A stretch of 63,533 nt of DNA, the filler included, from Sphacelaria rigidula (lineage: Eukaryota): assembly GCA_964200075.2 (NCBI GenBank). It is 10 parts of 10 records of this genome, joined end to end, with 100 filler letters (N's around TTAATTAATTAA, not from the genome) between each part and the next. Parts side by side here need not be neighbours in the genome. Positions count along the whole stretch, not along the records: positions 44,545 to 50,807 come from CAXNAA020021145.1; positions 50,908 to 57,170 come from CAXNAA020021146.1; positions 57,271 to 63,533 come from CAXNAA020021147.1; 7 more parts are not named here. One strand, written 5' to 3'. A program made the translations under genes and the position numbers. The notes below the pieces were generated by a model. The model made no database searches. It saw only the letters and a program-made list of their open reading frames with translations, and was not told where the DNA came from. This document shows, in pieces, positions 45,266-57,769 of this stretch; the first letter of the stretch is position 1, and every line of letters starts with the position of its first letter.

Positions 45266-48200
45266 TTATGCTAGCCTAGTCATCGGTTTACATGTCATAG
45301 GAGTAATCTCTCCGTGCATGCAACACAGTAACCTCACCATTTGACTCCAAGCTTCACGTCGGGAACGTTTCGCCGACTGACAGTCCAAGGGGTTCCAGGG
45401 GGTTGGGGGGGGTATGGATTTTGAGGAGATGTCGGGTGTTTGTTCGCACAACAGCCGGGAAGTTTCCCGCGGAAGCTTACTGTGTTCTGTGGAGAGCGAT
45501 CGCGCGCTGACCGTTTTATACCGTTGTATTCCGCGGCCGAATAAAAAAGCTCGCATGTACGTACTACGGGCTAGAAGTAGCAGTAGCAGTAGAAGTAGTA
45601 CAGAGGCAGGATAAGAAAGGGAGGACATACGATTGGGACGATCTAGCATGCACGCAGAATCAAAAACACGTTTTAGGTGCGCTAGCCCTGCCCCAGATCT
45701 TCAGGACTGCTGAGAAAGCATGAATAGGAGGAGATAATTTATACTGCATATTGTTCGCATCTACCGCAGCGATGACGGCTGCTAGCGTGCGCATGATGAT
45801 ATGACGAGTATCTGTTACTCCAGCAGCACAGCTAGTCCTCGAAATTTACGAACTGCCGAGTATTGTTTCACCTTCGGCCGGCAGGTCATCTCCGTTTTTT
45901 CGAGGCTGTCACCTGCCAGCGGGCTATGGTCAAGACCTATGTGCAACAGATTTCATGTGAACAAGCTCATCGTGATGGCGTTGCGTAGGTGGTTTGTGAT
46001 CAGGTAGTGAGGCAGTGATGTGTATCTATCTTGAAACATTTTTCTTCGTTTTTCACGATTATTTCTCTCTCCCCCCCCCCACCCCCCCGTTCTAGTGTCG
46101 AAACTGCACTAGTTCATCGTACAGGGAAAAGTCGGCTCCCCGCAACCGAACTAACCAACTTTCTAGGGCACAGCAACAGCGAGAGGAATCTTAAAAACAG
46201 CAGCCACGCCCCATACAACTCAGAGACATTCAAGAACAAGCTAGGATCTACGCGGACTTAATCACGTCAGCCAACTCGATAAACCTCGAAGACCAAATAA
46301 AGACATGGGCACACGGCGGTTCTCTGTATTTCGATGCAAAATACTTATTTAACCCTCTATGAAAGCAAGCTAAGGGCCCCCTTTGAGGCGAACGTGGACA
46401 AGGCACACTCGTCATCTCTCTCAACCCGCTCGAGCTGATATGGATGACCCCAGAACAAGGAGCTGGCCGGGAACCCCCTCAGGATGCCGTCAACCAAAGT
46501 TCTCAGACACAAAAAATGCCCATTTTCTCACTACCGTCAATCGCAGTAGTGCCGTTATATAACATCCGTTACCGATTGCCCGATAACCCCCCTCCCCTCC
46601 CCGTCTCCCGAACAAGCCAGTTTTGACCGTGCACATTCTGCGGTGATTTGATCAGGTTGTCTCGCAGCGAAAGCGACAGCGAAAGGAGCGCTAGGCGCAC
46701 GCACCCAGCATATTCCCAGGGGTGGCGGGCACAAGACATTCAAGCATTTCCTCGAATCCGTCACCCCAGAAATTCACTGGAAATAGCAAGAAAAAACATC
46801 AAACACAACAAATGGACACACGGAGACATGGACGGGAGCGGGGCGAAACGCGCGAAGAGCACAACGGTGACACGCGCAGACAAGACATGATCGGGCGTGA
46901 AAGGATTATTACCGCGCGGTGCTCGCGCGAACATCGTCCGCGAGCAGCTGGAGGTGACCCCGCTTATTCATGCCTACGACCTCCACGCGTGCGGGCACAA
47001 GTAACAGCAAAACACCCCTTACGCCGTCACCGTTTTCCGTGACGACATAGACCACGACCGATTAGACTCTATTTTCTACCCCGCTCGCCTGTGACCAAAA
47101 AAAAAAAAAGGGAGAGCCACGAGAACAAATTACAAGCACATGTACACAAGCCAAGCTGGGCAGCATTGCTGCTAGCATGAGGACAAATATGGGAGGACCG
47201 GAGGTGGCTTTGGCCGCATAATGATGGGCAACGTGAACTGGACACAATGAACCACACGTACAAGAAACAAACTCCGACATTTTGGCTGTCGAACCGGGGG
47301 AGAGGATGCACGGCACCCGGTACATGTTGTACGGGGCATACACGTACATGCAGAGATGTAAGTCACTGGTGGGTATTTAGAAAAAACGAAAGGTTCCGTG
47401 GGCCACAACAAAGTGCGTACGCAGGGAGGAACGATACACCCTTCTTTTGGACGGTGAGCTTGCGTAATACCTCAAGTGCCAAGTAGATCGTTGTATGCGC
47501 AAGTCACCCACTGGTTGGACATTGCAAAAGGGCAGCCGACAGATGCAGCCGGTGCGACTGCAACGATTGGACAGCTGAACGATGATTCACGATCATCAGT
47601 AAATTTCACAACACGTTCTTGGATAATGACAAGACAAATCAAGGATGGGGAAAACAGACACGGGATACACACACTAGACTGAGAAAGACACCGGAAGAGG
47701 CGAAGCAAAGAGACACCGAAAAGGTAGACACCCCAAAGCAGAGCAACCACACCGGCAGCCGAGACATCTAACGACAACGTCCCTCATGGTTTCCGTCCGC
47801 TAAACGGCACTAACCGAACGAGCTCCTTACAACGGTGCACTTGACCGCTCCTCTAGGCAGAGCTTCTTGTTCACAACGACAAAAAAACGAAACAAGACAA
47901 GGAATGAAGTGGGGAGTAGTGAAAACCCCCGGACATACGTTGACAGGATATCGGCGCGGCGCACCGATGGTGTGTAAGCAAAGATGACGACAACCTCCCC
48001 ACCAAAGTGTGTGTTGCTACAATACCGCTGGCGTGATTTGTCGAAAAAATGGAGTGCGTGGAGCTAAAACGAGTGAGAACCTGCGACGTACAATAAGATG
48101 TTGTGACAGACACATAGAGTGAAAGGCTATGAAAACAATAACATAGCACATCACATCCCAACCCTACCGAATCACAGAGTGAGTGACGGAAATGACAAAC

Positions 48201-49438
48201 AGCCCACATGCATGCATACATTTGAGCGAAGAAAAAAGAAGAGAGAGAACACTACTCCTTTAGAAAAAACATGTCCAATCGTCGGTTTGTCATCGGACGG
48301 TCAACGGATTCGATGTCCCATTTCACCCATCTGGGGCAATAAATACTGTTGACTCCGTTCGGCCATGTACCAACTATACGGACCCCATGAAAAACGGCGA
48401 AACTACTCATTCTCTTGACGGAGGGGTCGACTTATTCACAGCCCCTACTGGAACCCATGTAAACCGTGGTGGATCGTACTACATTGATGTATGTCTCTAT
48501 TCCGGTCTGATTTCGAAAACATCACAGAGGACAATAAATTTTCTGTACCACACGAAACAAACCACCACAAGGACAAAAACAACAAGATGCACATACGCGA
48601 GTGAGATCGACGCATGCGCAATATATCGGAAGATATATCGAAAAGACACGGTCCCACTCATTGCCGCAGTCCCTACTATTAGTTTTACCAAGACGTCGAC
48701 AAAGACAACGCTTGCTTTTTCTCACACGCGAGCACCGAATGCTGCTCCATACACAAATGTGGACATACATCATGTCAAACGAAACGTCACACATACAGAC
48801 CCATGGCAAACATGGTAACTTTCCATCGGTCACCATCATATTTACACCCAGAGATGGGAGTGATGGGAAACACGAGTGAAACACGTAAGTCGGCCTGGGA
48901 AATGAGACGCGATGGCTCTACTCTTGCATACGTTAAAACGAACCAAGCCCTGAGTTTAGACAGCATGTGTCGTTCCCCTGTAGAAGGCAAGGCTGGAACA
49001 AAAGACACAAAATGAAGATGACTGCGTGCGTGAAATACTTACTGCACTGTACCCCCTCCCCGGGCTATGCATATTTTTCCGGTGTGCCTTCCCAACCCTG
49101 AGGACCCAAAATACACTGTCCTAAATTCAACATAAAATGTCGTCATCCATGCCAAATGTCAAAGCGGATCGAGCGGCCTCGCAACGTCGTCACTCAGTTG
49201 ATGGCAGAGCGCATACAACACGTTGTCAAAGGTGTCGATCGATGTATCGACAAATAGGTAGATGGGAAAACCTTCGGTCACTCCATCGGTGACTCAACCT
49301 ACACTCTCACCCACCCACCTAACAAACCATTACAGATCAATCCATAAAATACCGCAATATGTCAATGCTTGCCCTCCTCAACGAGTCCTGGGTAATAGTG
49401 AGCCCTGCATGACGTAGTGGCGTAGTTTCGTCGCTCAC

Positions 49439-49604
49439 CGAGGATTCTCCTCGCATGCTTGTGTGGGTGGGCAGGCCGCTCTCTTCGTCCCTGGTGAGGG
49501 GGTAGTGTGCTACACGGCTGAAAAGCGCCGCCCTCTGCTTGCGCGTCATGTTCGGGAAGGCGTCGGCCGAGCACAGGTTGTAGACCTGGTAATCTCCGGT
49601 CCAA
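49439..49604 (-). CDS. Exon with a PTEN/tensin-type phosphatase-like segment
   Basis: WTGDYQVYNLCSADAFPNMTRKQRAALFSRVAHYPL resembles PTEN HYKIYNLC...RVAQYPF. AAG acceptor, GTGAGC donor. Catalytic HCxxGxxR motif not found in the contig. Confidence 0.5.
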
Positions 49605-50393
49605 CTTCAGGGCACGCGACCATGTAGGAGCACGGGGAGGGGAGGGAGGACACACATGAAAACTCAGAGAATTCTCGAGTCATACTTGCGATATGCACAT
49701 ATGTACGGTCACGCATCACACGACCCACAATCCAGTCCTCCATCTATGGGACACTACAGTTACATTGCGACAGTTTTTGTGAGAGACAGCTGGGGGAGGG
49801 GGAGGCAAACTTTCACGAGAATACATACTGACAGGAGTGCGCCTCAATAATGCAGTTGGGACGTCTCCTTGAAACAGAGCTCGATCCAGCCGGTACATGA
49901 TTGTTCTCGGAAATTTTGAAGTATAACAACACGAGAATCCCGTCCACAAACTGGTGCCTACCATCCACCATCCCAGTGGTCGCTGCTAACCTGTGGTCCT
50001 TGCTAACACGATAAGTCATGCTCCAGTAGAAAATAATAGTGGCTGTATGTGACAGAGAGGTGCGTCATAAACCAACCTACGCTGCTTGAAATAGCTGGGG
50101 AGCACGAGATGACATGACGACATGGACACTTGCAAACAAGTGGAACGGCTTTGACAGTGCAAAAAGCTTCACGAGCCGAACGAGCACTGAAACCTAATGC
50201 CTCACTCGCGTCCGGCGAACCACGTTCCGAAAAAAAGGACTCTGGCTCGAGTCATCCGTGTACGCGTTATTGAGGACAGTGGGAACGAGCCTGGCCCCTC
50301 AGTCAGCCGTACAGTGCGCGCATGCTGTTGCTGACGACAACCAGCGACCGCTTTACTTCCTCCACAAGACACGAGCGGCGAAGATATCATCAC

Positions 50394-50464
50394 CTTATGT
50401 GGTCAGTGTTCACGTGGCTCAGGTCCGTGGCGAGCAGCGGGTGTGGTCGCTTCGGATCTCGCAC
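50394..50464 (-). CDS. Candidate exon splicing in phase to the PTEN-like exon
   Basis: TTCCAG acceptor; VRDPKRPHPLLATDLSHVNTDHI+AG; GTGATG donor; phase 2 is compatible with the exon starting at 49604. Confidence 0.45.
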
Positions 50465-50952
50465 CTGGAACATGACACACCAGAACAAGCAACACACAAA
50501 CGTGCAAAAAAAGAGGGGTCTGAAACAAACCAGCCTCATGACTAGGAGACGAAAAAAGGGGGTGTTCTGTGCATCTGCGCAATCAACAAAAAAGGTTGGG
50601 AGAAGCATCTTCCTGATTACAAAGAAGCATCTTCTTTAGACGGCGGTGGCGGGAGGGGCACGAGGGGGAGACGGGGGGAGACGGGGGGGCATACTCATTT
50701 GTTGCTTGTCTAAGTCGTTCGACCATTGACCACGTATCCCTTTCGAGACGGAGCACGGGGGGTGCGGGATCGGAATAGCGTGCTTGCCTTAAAGGGTGTA
50801 CCGTTGGNNNNNNNNNNNNNNNNNNNNNNNNNNNNNNNNNNNNNNNNNNNNTTAATTAATTAANNNNNNNNNNNNNNNNNNNNNNNNNNNNNNNNNNNNN
50901 NNNNNNNGGCGATGACGCTATAAAACACGCCACTCACTGCGTAAGCCAGGCA

Positions 50953-51417
50953 ACCAGGTTGCTGATTTTGTTTTGCGCGCTTGCGTTTTTTTGCGGTAAC
51001 CATGATGGTAGACGAGGTAGATTATGTTGTACGGCGTAGGAGAACCTCAATTCCGCACAATGGGGATGATTGTGCCACGTAGGGTTTGAATGGTGAGACA
51101 CTCATGAGGCAGTAGACACCCATGAGGCAGAGTATAAGCCGTGGCTGTCTCCGGAAGTGGCGATACCAGATAATAAAGCAACTCATTGTAGGCTGTCATC
51201 CCAGTGTAAGATAATCAGTAGGCGTCGGGGCAATCAATCTTAGTAGGATGCAGCTCACCCTTCATGCGACTCGCCGAGCACACCACGGCGCTTCGCGCTT
51301 GGCGATAGAGTGCGAGCCTGATCCGGCGAAAACCCGGGATGCTCCGTCCCGTCTTTGTAGGGATATGGGGTGAATGATCTTATGACCATGGCATGCATGG
51401 TCATGAGTACACCCCCC
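50953..51417 (-). mobile_element. Dispersed repeat family A, ~460-bp copy
   Basis: Colinear with 33535-33964. Partial copies at 25285-25355, ~18510-18610 and ~50686-50760. One end reads GGGGGTGTACTCA. Confidence 0.8.
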
Positions 51418-51539
51418 GTCTCCCGGGCGTTTTTCGGGCAAGCCGGGATTTTGTAGCGTATCTGCCCTCCTGAGGATTGTGGGTACGAGCTCACCTGCTG
51501 CCTTTCTGTTCTCGAGTTTAGCTAGACACTCCTTTTACT

Positions 51540-53600
51540 TCGTCTCTGCTTAATTCTCTCCGCGATTCTTTGGGGCCACTACCCTCCCGTTTGACCCCAC
51601 TACAATTGCCTCTGCCCACGTGTTGGTTCCGTTTTCGGATTCCGTATCGAATTCATTGTTAGTTTTCAGTGTTCCTAGTTTACGGCAGTGCTCTACTAGC
51701 ACTTCTCTCTTACCCCTCGAACAACTAACCAGTATACCGTTCTGTGCCTGGAGTATGGCTATCCCCTTGTCCATCTCTCCTGCTTGATTTCCCCTCATCC
51801 CTTTTATCCCTACCCACATTTGTTCATCCCGCCACCGAAATCTTGATTTTTCTCTCGACTACTTCTTCCCATGTTCCCCTTTATTTTTCTTTTCCACCAT
51901 ATTTTTAGTTTCTTACGAATTTTAGCGTACTTCTCCCATCCTGCCGTATTTGTACTCGATATGCATCTCGCATGGGCCTTTCTCCTTACTATTGACGCCT
52001 CTTTCACTTCCTCATCCCACTATTTGACTGCTCTGTTGCATACGATCAGTTTCTTCTCTATGACTTCACTCGCTGTGTTCTTGACCAGCTGTTCTCACCC
52101 TTCTGTGATCTTCGCTCCTGCCCGATCCCTTTCCATTTCGGTATTTACTGTACTTTCGCTGTCCAACATCTCCAAAATATTCACTACGTTTTTGACCATC
52201 TCTTCTCAGAACTTCTGCCGTTTTCCTTACATTTCTAGCATATCTATTCTTCATTTGTACAACTTCTTACCCCACCTATTTCTTGTAGCTCTCGTCTGTT
52301 GGCTTTCTGTCCATATTAGGCAATGATCTGTTGTTCCCAGGTCCTCTGCGCATACATGTACTTCCACTTCCGTACTATTTCCATGCTCTGCCACTATGTA
52401 ATCAAGAACGGAGCGTTGTCTCTCTTCTTTGCAGTTTCTAGTCCATATCCGCTGCTCTTCTGGCTTCTGTGCGCTATCGTTCAGCGTCTTCATCTCGTCA
52501 TTCTCAAGGAACTTCAGCATTTCTGCCCCATTCGTGTTCTTCTTCTCTTTCCCGTATTGCCTAATGATATAATCTGTTTGACCTTCTCGCCTAACCCTTG
52601 CATTAAAATCTCCCATCAACATTATTTTCCTTGACTGTTATGCTTATGTACATCGGCTGCTATCTCTCCGAACCTCCGGTGTATATCGTTTGCCATACTC
52701 TTCGATTCTGGGGGCATAGAGATGTTCCCTACGAAGAAGACCTCCGTCCCCCGCTCTCCTGGTACCCTTGTTCACATGCTCTCGTCGAATTTCGTGTCAT
52801 CGATCACATCTATGAAGTGACACAGGTATTCCTTGACTAAAAATCGTACTCCCGCCCCTCCCCTGCTCTTGGGGTTCTGTCCCTTCAGCTTTTCCCCTAT
52901 CCATGCGTACTCTTCAACTTGCATCCTATTTTTGCCCCCTCTTTCCCATGGCTCTTGGAATTCCACTATATCTAGGTCACGTTTACTTACTTTTCATGGT
53001 ATTTCTATTCTTTTGCGCTCGCCTGTGGTGAATCCACACACGTTCCACGATCCCATCCTCAACTTCTTTTCCGAATCGTTGTCTGCTTTTTTTTTGTCTA
53101 CTGTTCTCTCTCCGTCGTTTTTACTTCCATTTTCCCTTGCTTGATTCTTCTTCCCCTTTCCGGTTTGGCGTTTGTACGTTTGCTTCTGGCCGCTATTTCC
53201 CCTCCCCTTCCCCTTCCGGACAACTACTTGTTCGTGCTTCTCTTCTCGCCCGTTTACCCGTGCACCATGTCTTAGGTTTGCTGTTCCATTGGCTATGCAT
53301 ACTTTCCATCCTACCCTTCTAACCTATGCCGACACCTTACTCGTCTCTATCTTTTCCCACTCCTTGCTCGCGCTCTGTTTTAGCGCGACTCGGACGTGTT
53401 TTCCCTCCCTTTCTACTTTTGCCATTGCCAAACAGTGTGGTCCTACTTCCTCTACCCTCTTCATACCGCTTCGGACTCCGGATACCAGCACTACTAGTGC
53501 TTTAGCCGTCCACTCTTTGCTTCGCCATCCGCTCTTCCTCACCGTCTGTTTCTCGATCTCTTTCGAGAGTATCTCCAGCTTGTTTGTTTTTGGTGTTGTG
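51540..53600 (-). mobile_element. Decayed non-LTR retrotransposon (LINE): APE endonuclease region of ORF2 plus probable ORF1 remnant; RT core absent
   Basis: Fragments across frames: MGSWNVCG, DIVEFQEPW, GGAGV.FLVK, LMGDFNARV, SVLDYIV, TDHCLIW. Many stops and frameshifts; boundaries approximate. Confidence 0.85.
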
Positions 53601-54537
53601 GTGGGGGTGTGGTCAAGGTACTGGGATATCCCAATCCTGGTACTTGTTGGGAGGTCTGGTGCCTTTCACTTACTTTGCTGGTTCACCGACACTGAATACT
53701 GCGTCCGACACGGGCTCGTAGCCTGAAGTCAAGTTCAACATCTTTGACACAAGTACCCCACGTTTTTGCCAGGCGATCTTCATGGTTAACCATCCAGGCG
53801 TCTCAAGACTGTATCTTCTATCTTCTTGCCCCGCTGCTGTACTGGTTACTTTTTCCCAGGGAGGTCATTTTTTCCGTGTAAGGTTCCAGGACGGTTTGCG
53901 TAACACAAGGTCTCCATCACACATCGGGATGTCCCATATATCATCACTTTCTCCCACTCCGTGTACGGTTCACCATGGGTCGCTGCTCTACTAATACTTC
54001 CGAGTAGACCTTCGCTGCCGGAAGCTTGGCCAACGATTCCTCCACACTTTGTACCAGCTTCTATCCTTCAAGATCTCAATAAGTCTACATACCGCTTGGT
54101 GCTCCTTCTCGTAGCTCACGTGGTCGGTCATTGGTAAGGTGTTTGTTTCATGACTGCAGTAGGTCTTGACGCTCATGTCATGCATCATTCACCACCTCCC
54201 TTCATCAGACGCCCGTGCACCTAATGTCGGAAATTTCAGCAAAATACCTGACCAAATTTCCACCACCCAATGGAAACCGGTAAGGTTTTACGGGTATCTC
54301 ACCACGAAACCCAACCTCCATATGAATTTAACATGCCGGGGGTGATGACCCTACCCCATTCGTACTCTTTATGCGTTTTGTACTCTCAAAGTGCATGTGG
54401 TCAACCTTCACGCTATTACCCACTTGTCTGGGTTTCGGTTCCATTATTGTCTTACCTTTGTTATGGCATGGGGGAAGAACCTCGGTGGTTTTCTGAGTTG
54501 ATATGGGGAAATAAAACTGTCTTCTTCTCGCTATTTC

Positions 54538-55050
54538 GTGTCTGTATCCTGGTTGTGCTCTGGTTGACCCAAAATAAGACGGTTCGCTTCGTTATTTTAT
54601 GTCTATATCTGGGCTGTGTTGTGGTAGGTTAAACGAGAAGGATTGTTAGCTCCCTAACCTTTTGTCTATGTCCGGCCTGTGCTATAGTAGGGTAAAGAAA
54701 AATAATGGTTAGCTTTTTTACTCCATGTCTATATCCGGGCTGTGTTATTGTAGGGCAAAGAAAAATGATAGTACATTCTCTACTTCATGTCTATGTTTTG
54801 TTTTGTTTTGTCTCAGGTACGTCTATCATGTGGATAATGACCACGGCTGGATCCCTGGGGGGGTCAGTTAAAGTACGACAATCAACCAGATTAATTCAAG
54901 TCCGGGCTGTGTTATGGTAGGCTAGAGAAAAAAAGATGGTCGTTTTTATATTTCATGTTCATGCCTGGGCTGTGTTATGGTAGGTTCAAGAGTAAGGATG
55001 GCTAGAGTCGCCATTCCGTGTCTATATCCGGGCTGTGCTATGGTAGGTTG
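54538..55050 (+). repeat. ~62-bp minisatellite, 7 units, conserved ~30-bp core plus variable half
   Basis: Core RTGTCTATATCCGGGCTGTGTTATGGTAGG at ~54538, 54599, 54662, 54725, 54787 (interrupted), 54955 and 55018. Confidence 0.85.
54796..54899 (+). mobile_element. Family C retroposon 3' fragment inserted into minisatellite unit 5
   Basis: Splits the core ATGTCTAT|GTCCGGGCTG; homologous to 5795-5876. Confidence 0.7.
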
Positions 55051-55932
55051 AAAAAAAACGCGGGGGGAGGAATTACTTTTTCGCACAATTTTGAGCCTGC
55101 CGCCGCTTTTCGTCAGAATACGGGAATTGTTCAATTGTGCCACCTCTGAAAGACTCACTGCATTCTCCGAGAGGGTTCTAGCGCACTTTGCCGATCTTTC
55201 GTGGGCCCGGTTTGGCTTCGGACGGAAAAAAACAATCTCTCGAATCATCCGGCAAAAATAAGTATTTCTCTTAGATCGACATGTGTTTTTGCAAGAGCTC
55301 TAAAGTTATCGTGAGATTTTTTGCGCAATCGTTTGTCCCGTCAAAAGTCATACTGAGCGTACGAAAGATCGGAAACGTGGCCTGGAACTCTCACGGACAG
55401 AACAGCAAGTCTTCACGAGGTGGCACGATCCGCAAAGCGTCGTCTTTCGCCAAAATTGGCCCTCGAACACCACGATTTACATTTTTGGAGATAATTTTAG
55501 CACGAAGTGAAGTGCGTTCAAGCTGCTTGTCGTAGCCAATTTCTTAAGTCTCTGTTTCGTCAGCCTGCTCAGTCAAGGATCGGTCTGAAATCTTACAAGC
55601 CTTGTACTTCGCGCTCGCGACCTTTTGTACCGAGCACCAGATCTCGAAAAGTCTCGCTAGCTTGTGGAGGATGACCATACCACATTTAGGCATAGGTAGC
55701 CGCTAGTAGGAAGGGTCGGCACTAAAAATGAATGGCCGCGATTTCTGGTCTTGCCCAGCCGTTGCAACCGCCCAGATAACATAGCTGGGCAGGCGAGGCT
55801 GTCAGGCATGTTCTTGTAGCCTACAAGTAGCACGCTAAGAACACAAACAAGGCCGACGTCGGTTCGCGATCCTTCTTTAGCTCTCAACCCCCACTTGGGC
55901 AGCAGGAAACAGATTTTTCGACATGGGGTTAA

Positions 55933-56029
55933 CCCTTAGACCGCGAGGTTAGTCTTCTGTTGAACCGGCATCAATTTCAAGTGAAAAAAGTATGCATGAT
56001 CCAGAAAGACTAATCTCGCGGTCTAAGGG
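55933..56029. mobile_element. piggyBac-type MITE (97 bp)
   Basis: TTAA|CCCTTAGACCGCGAGGTTAGTCTT ... AAGACTAATCTCGCGGTCTAAGGG|TTTA: 24-bp TIRs (1 mismatch), CCC/GGG termini, TTAA target on the left and a one-base variant on the right. Confidence 0.75.
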
Positions 56030-57306
56030 TTTAGCCTCAATATGAGGCATAACTCTGACATAACGTGTTCCATAACCGACGACCTTAAACTCATCATTGC
56101 CACGACCAACCACCTTTTCTCCGACCCGAGGCCCCTCGATCTCACCGATGCTTGTCACGTTACTCTTCATTAGCACCTTTCGGGAAGAGCTTACTTGTAC
56201 ACACAGCGATGAGATGAAGCCATTCCGTCTGCTGAAATCATTCTCACGTCATGGCGACAGGATGTTGTTTGTGCTCAGCACTGTGTACAGCACGTACACC
56301 CCCACCGAATACGCCTCGCGGTTCAGCTGCACTTCAACGGCTTTTTTTTGGTTGAATGTCTTGATTAACAAAGGAAGAAGCCGGGTTGAAAAGTGACGTT
56401 AGACCCCCTAACCAATGCTTTCCCCAACTCAGAAATAGAGTTTATGGCCGGTGACTTATTTCTTCACGTACAGCCCCTCGATGGCGTGCTAATTACCCCT
56501 GTTCTGGTTGGCCATTTGCACAAGTAGGTCAACTCTATACGCCTACATCGCTGAGCAAATGTGACTTTCGCTCCTGATTTCGCCGCCTCAAAGGATGAAG
56601 CGCGCTTTAGTCCACCGCTGATAGCGTTCAGAGTTGGTCCAGACAACGGGCTAAACAGAGAGATATTCATCATGCGGTCGGAGGACGGCTTGAGCTCTTT
56701 CCAAACCCGTTGGCCATATCAAGTATTTAGGTGAGGGAAAGTGCCTCATATTTGAGCTGAACCTCATTTTGGGGGAAAAAGAAGAAAAAGGTGGATTGAA
56801 CATGTATATTATTCATACTATATACTAGGGTGTCGCGCGCGGGAAGCTCGGGTCAGGCGAAAGGGCATGATTTTCTCCACAGTCGGTACCCCAGGGAACG
56901 AGAAAGTCAGCAACGAGCTGTGGCCTATTCGAAGAGAAAGAGGTCGGCAGGTGCTGCACGCGAGGGGAGGGGGGGATCTGTAACGACACTCATTATCCCT
57001 TAAATCCGTCAGTGCCTCGGACGTGTCTCTGAAGGAGATTTTACAGCTGTACAGAATTTCGAGCGAGTGATCGGGAGGGGGGGGGGGGGGGGGGGAAATC
57101 TTTTTTTGGGTGGCCTTGGGGGGGGGAAAGTAGCACCCCCATCCCGGCTGAGAGGGGGAAGCACCCTTCCNNNNNNNNNNNNNNNNNNNNNNNNNNNNNN
57201 NNNNNNNNNNNNNNTTAATTAATTAANNNNNNNNNNNNNNNNNNNNNNNNNNNNNNNNNNNNNNNNNNNNAGCTGGTTTTGGGGGGGGGGCTATTGTAGA
57301 AAGTGC

Positions 57307-57464
57307 CTAGGTTGATACCTTGGCGTGTCTAGGAGGCTGCACCTACGAGGGCACTCCTGAATAGTGAGAATCTTGTGAGGCTGACCACTGAAATTGAGGC
57401 CAGCAAGACTGGGGAGTCCCTCAACAGCAGTGATCCAACAGTGCTTCCACTGGCTGGCGTCACA
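57307..57464 (+). repeat. 5' LTR (5'-truncated near contig start)
   Basis: Aligns to 62946-63104 and ends CGTCACA. Confidence 0.92.
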
Positions 57465-57769
57465 ATATCGATATTGGTGCTAGTGCTAGTGTTAGTGCTA
57501 GGAACCTGCTGGAAAGGATTTCAGTAGGAGTCTGGTAGCTGTGGACAACCTGATACACCACGGACGTGTGGAGAGGGTTCCCGCTGAGGTAGCTGCAGAA
57601 AGGCGGCTGCCCTGTGATTGATCTAGACTGGAGACTTGCTGAAGCTGCGTCCAGCGGGAATTTGGAGGCTCCTACGACTGTGTGGTGCGGCGACGAAGCA
57701 AGGAAAGGGCCATTCGCGAAGGTCTGCTGGCCTGCAGAGGTTCGCAGGTAGCCGGTTACAGCTACAGCT

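Noticed and set aside
54538..55050. CRISPR array
   Set aside because: Eukaryotic context, repeats are degenerate, spacers are homologous to one another, and no cas genes are present.
6265..57270. Periodic TTAATTAATTAA motif every ~6.36 kb, and any gene neighbourhood across it
   Set aside because: Artificial linkers between size-sorted contigs; no operon or cluster inference is valid across them.
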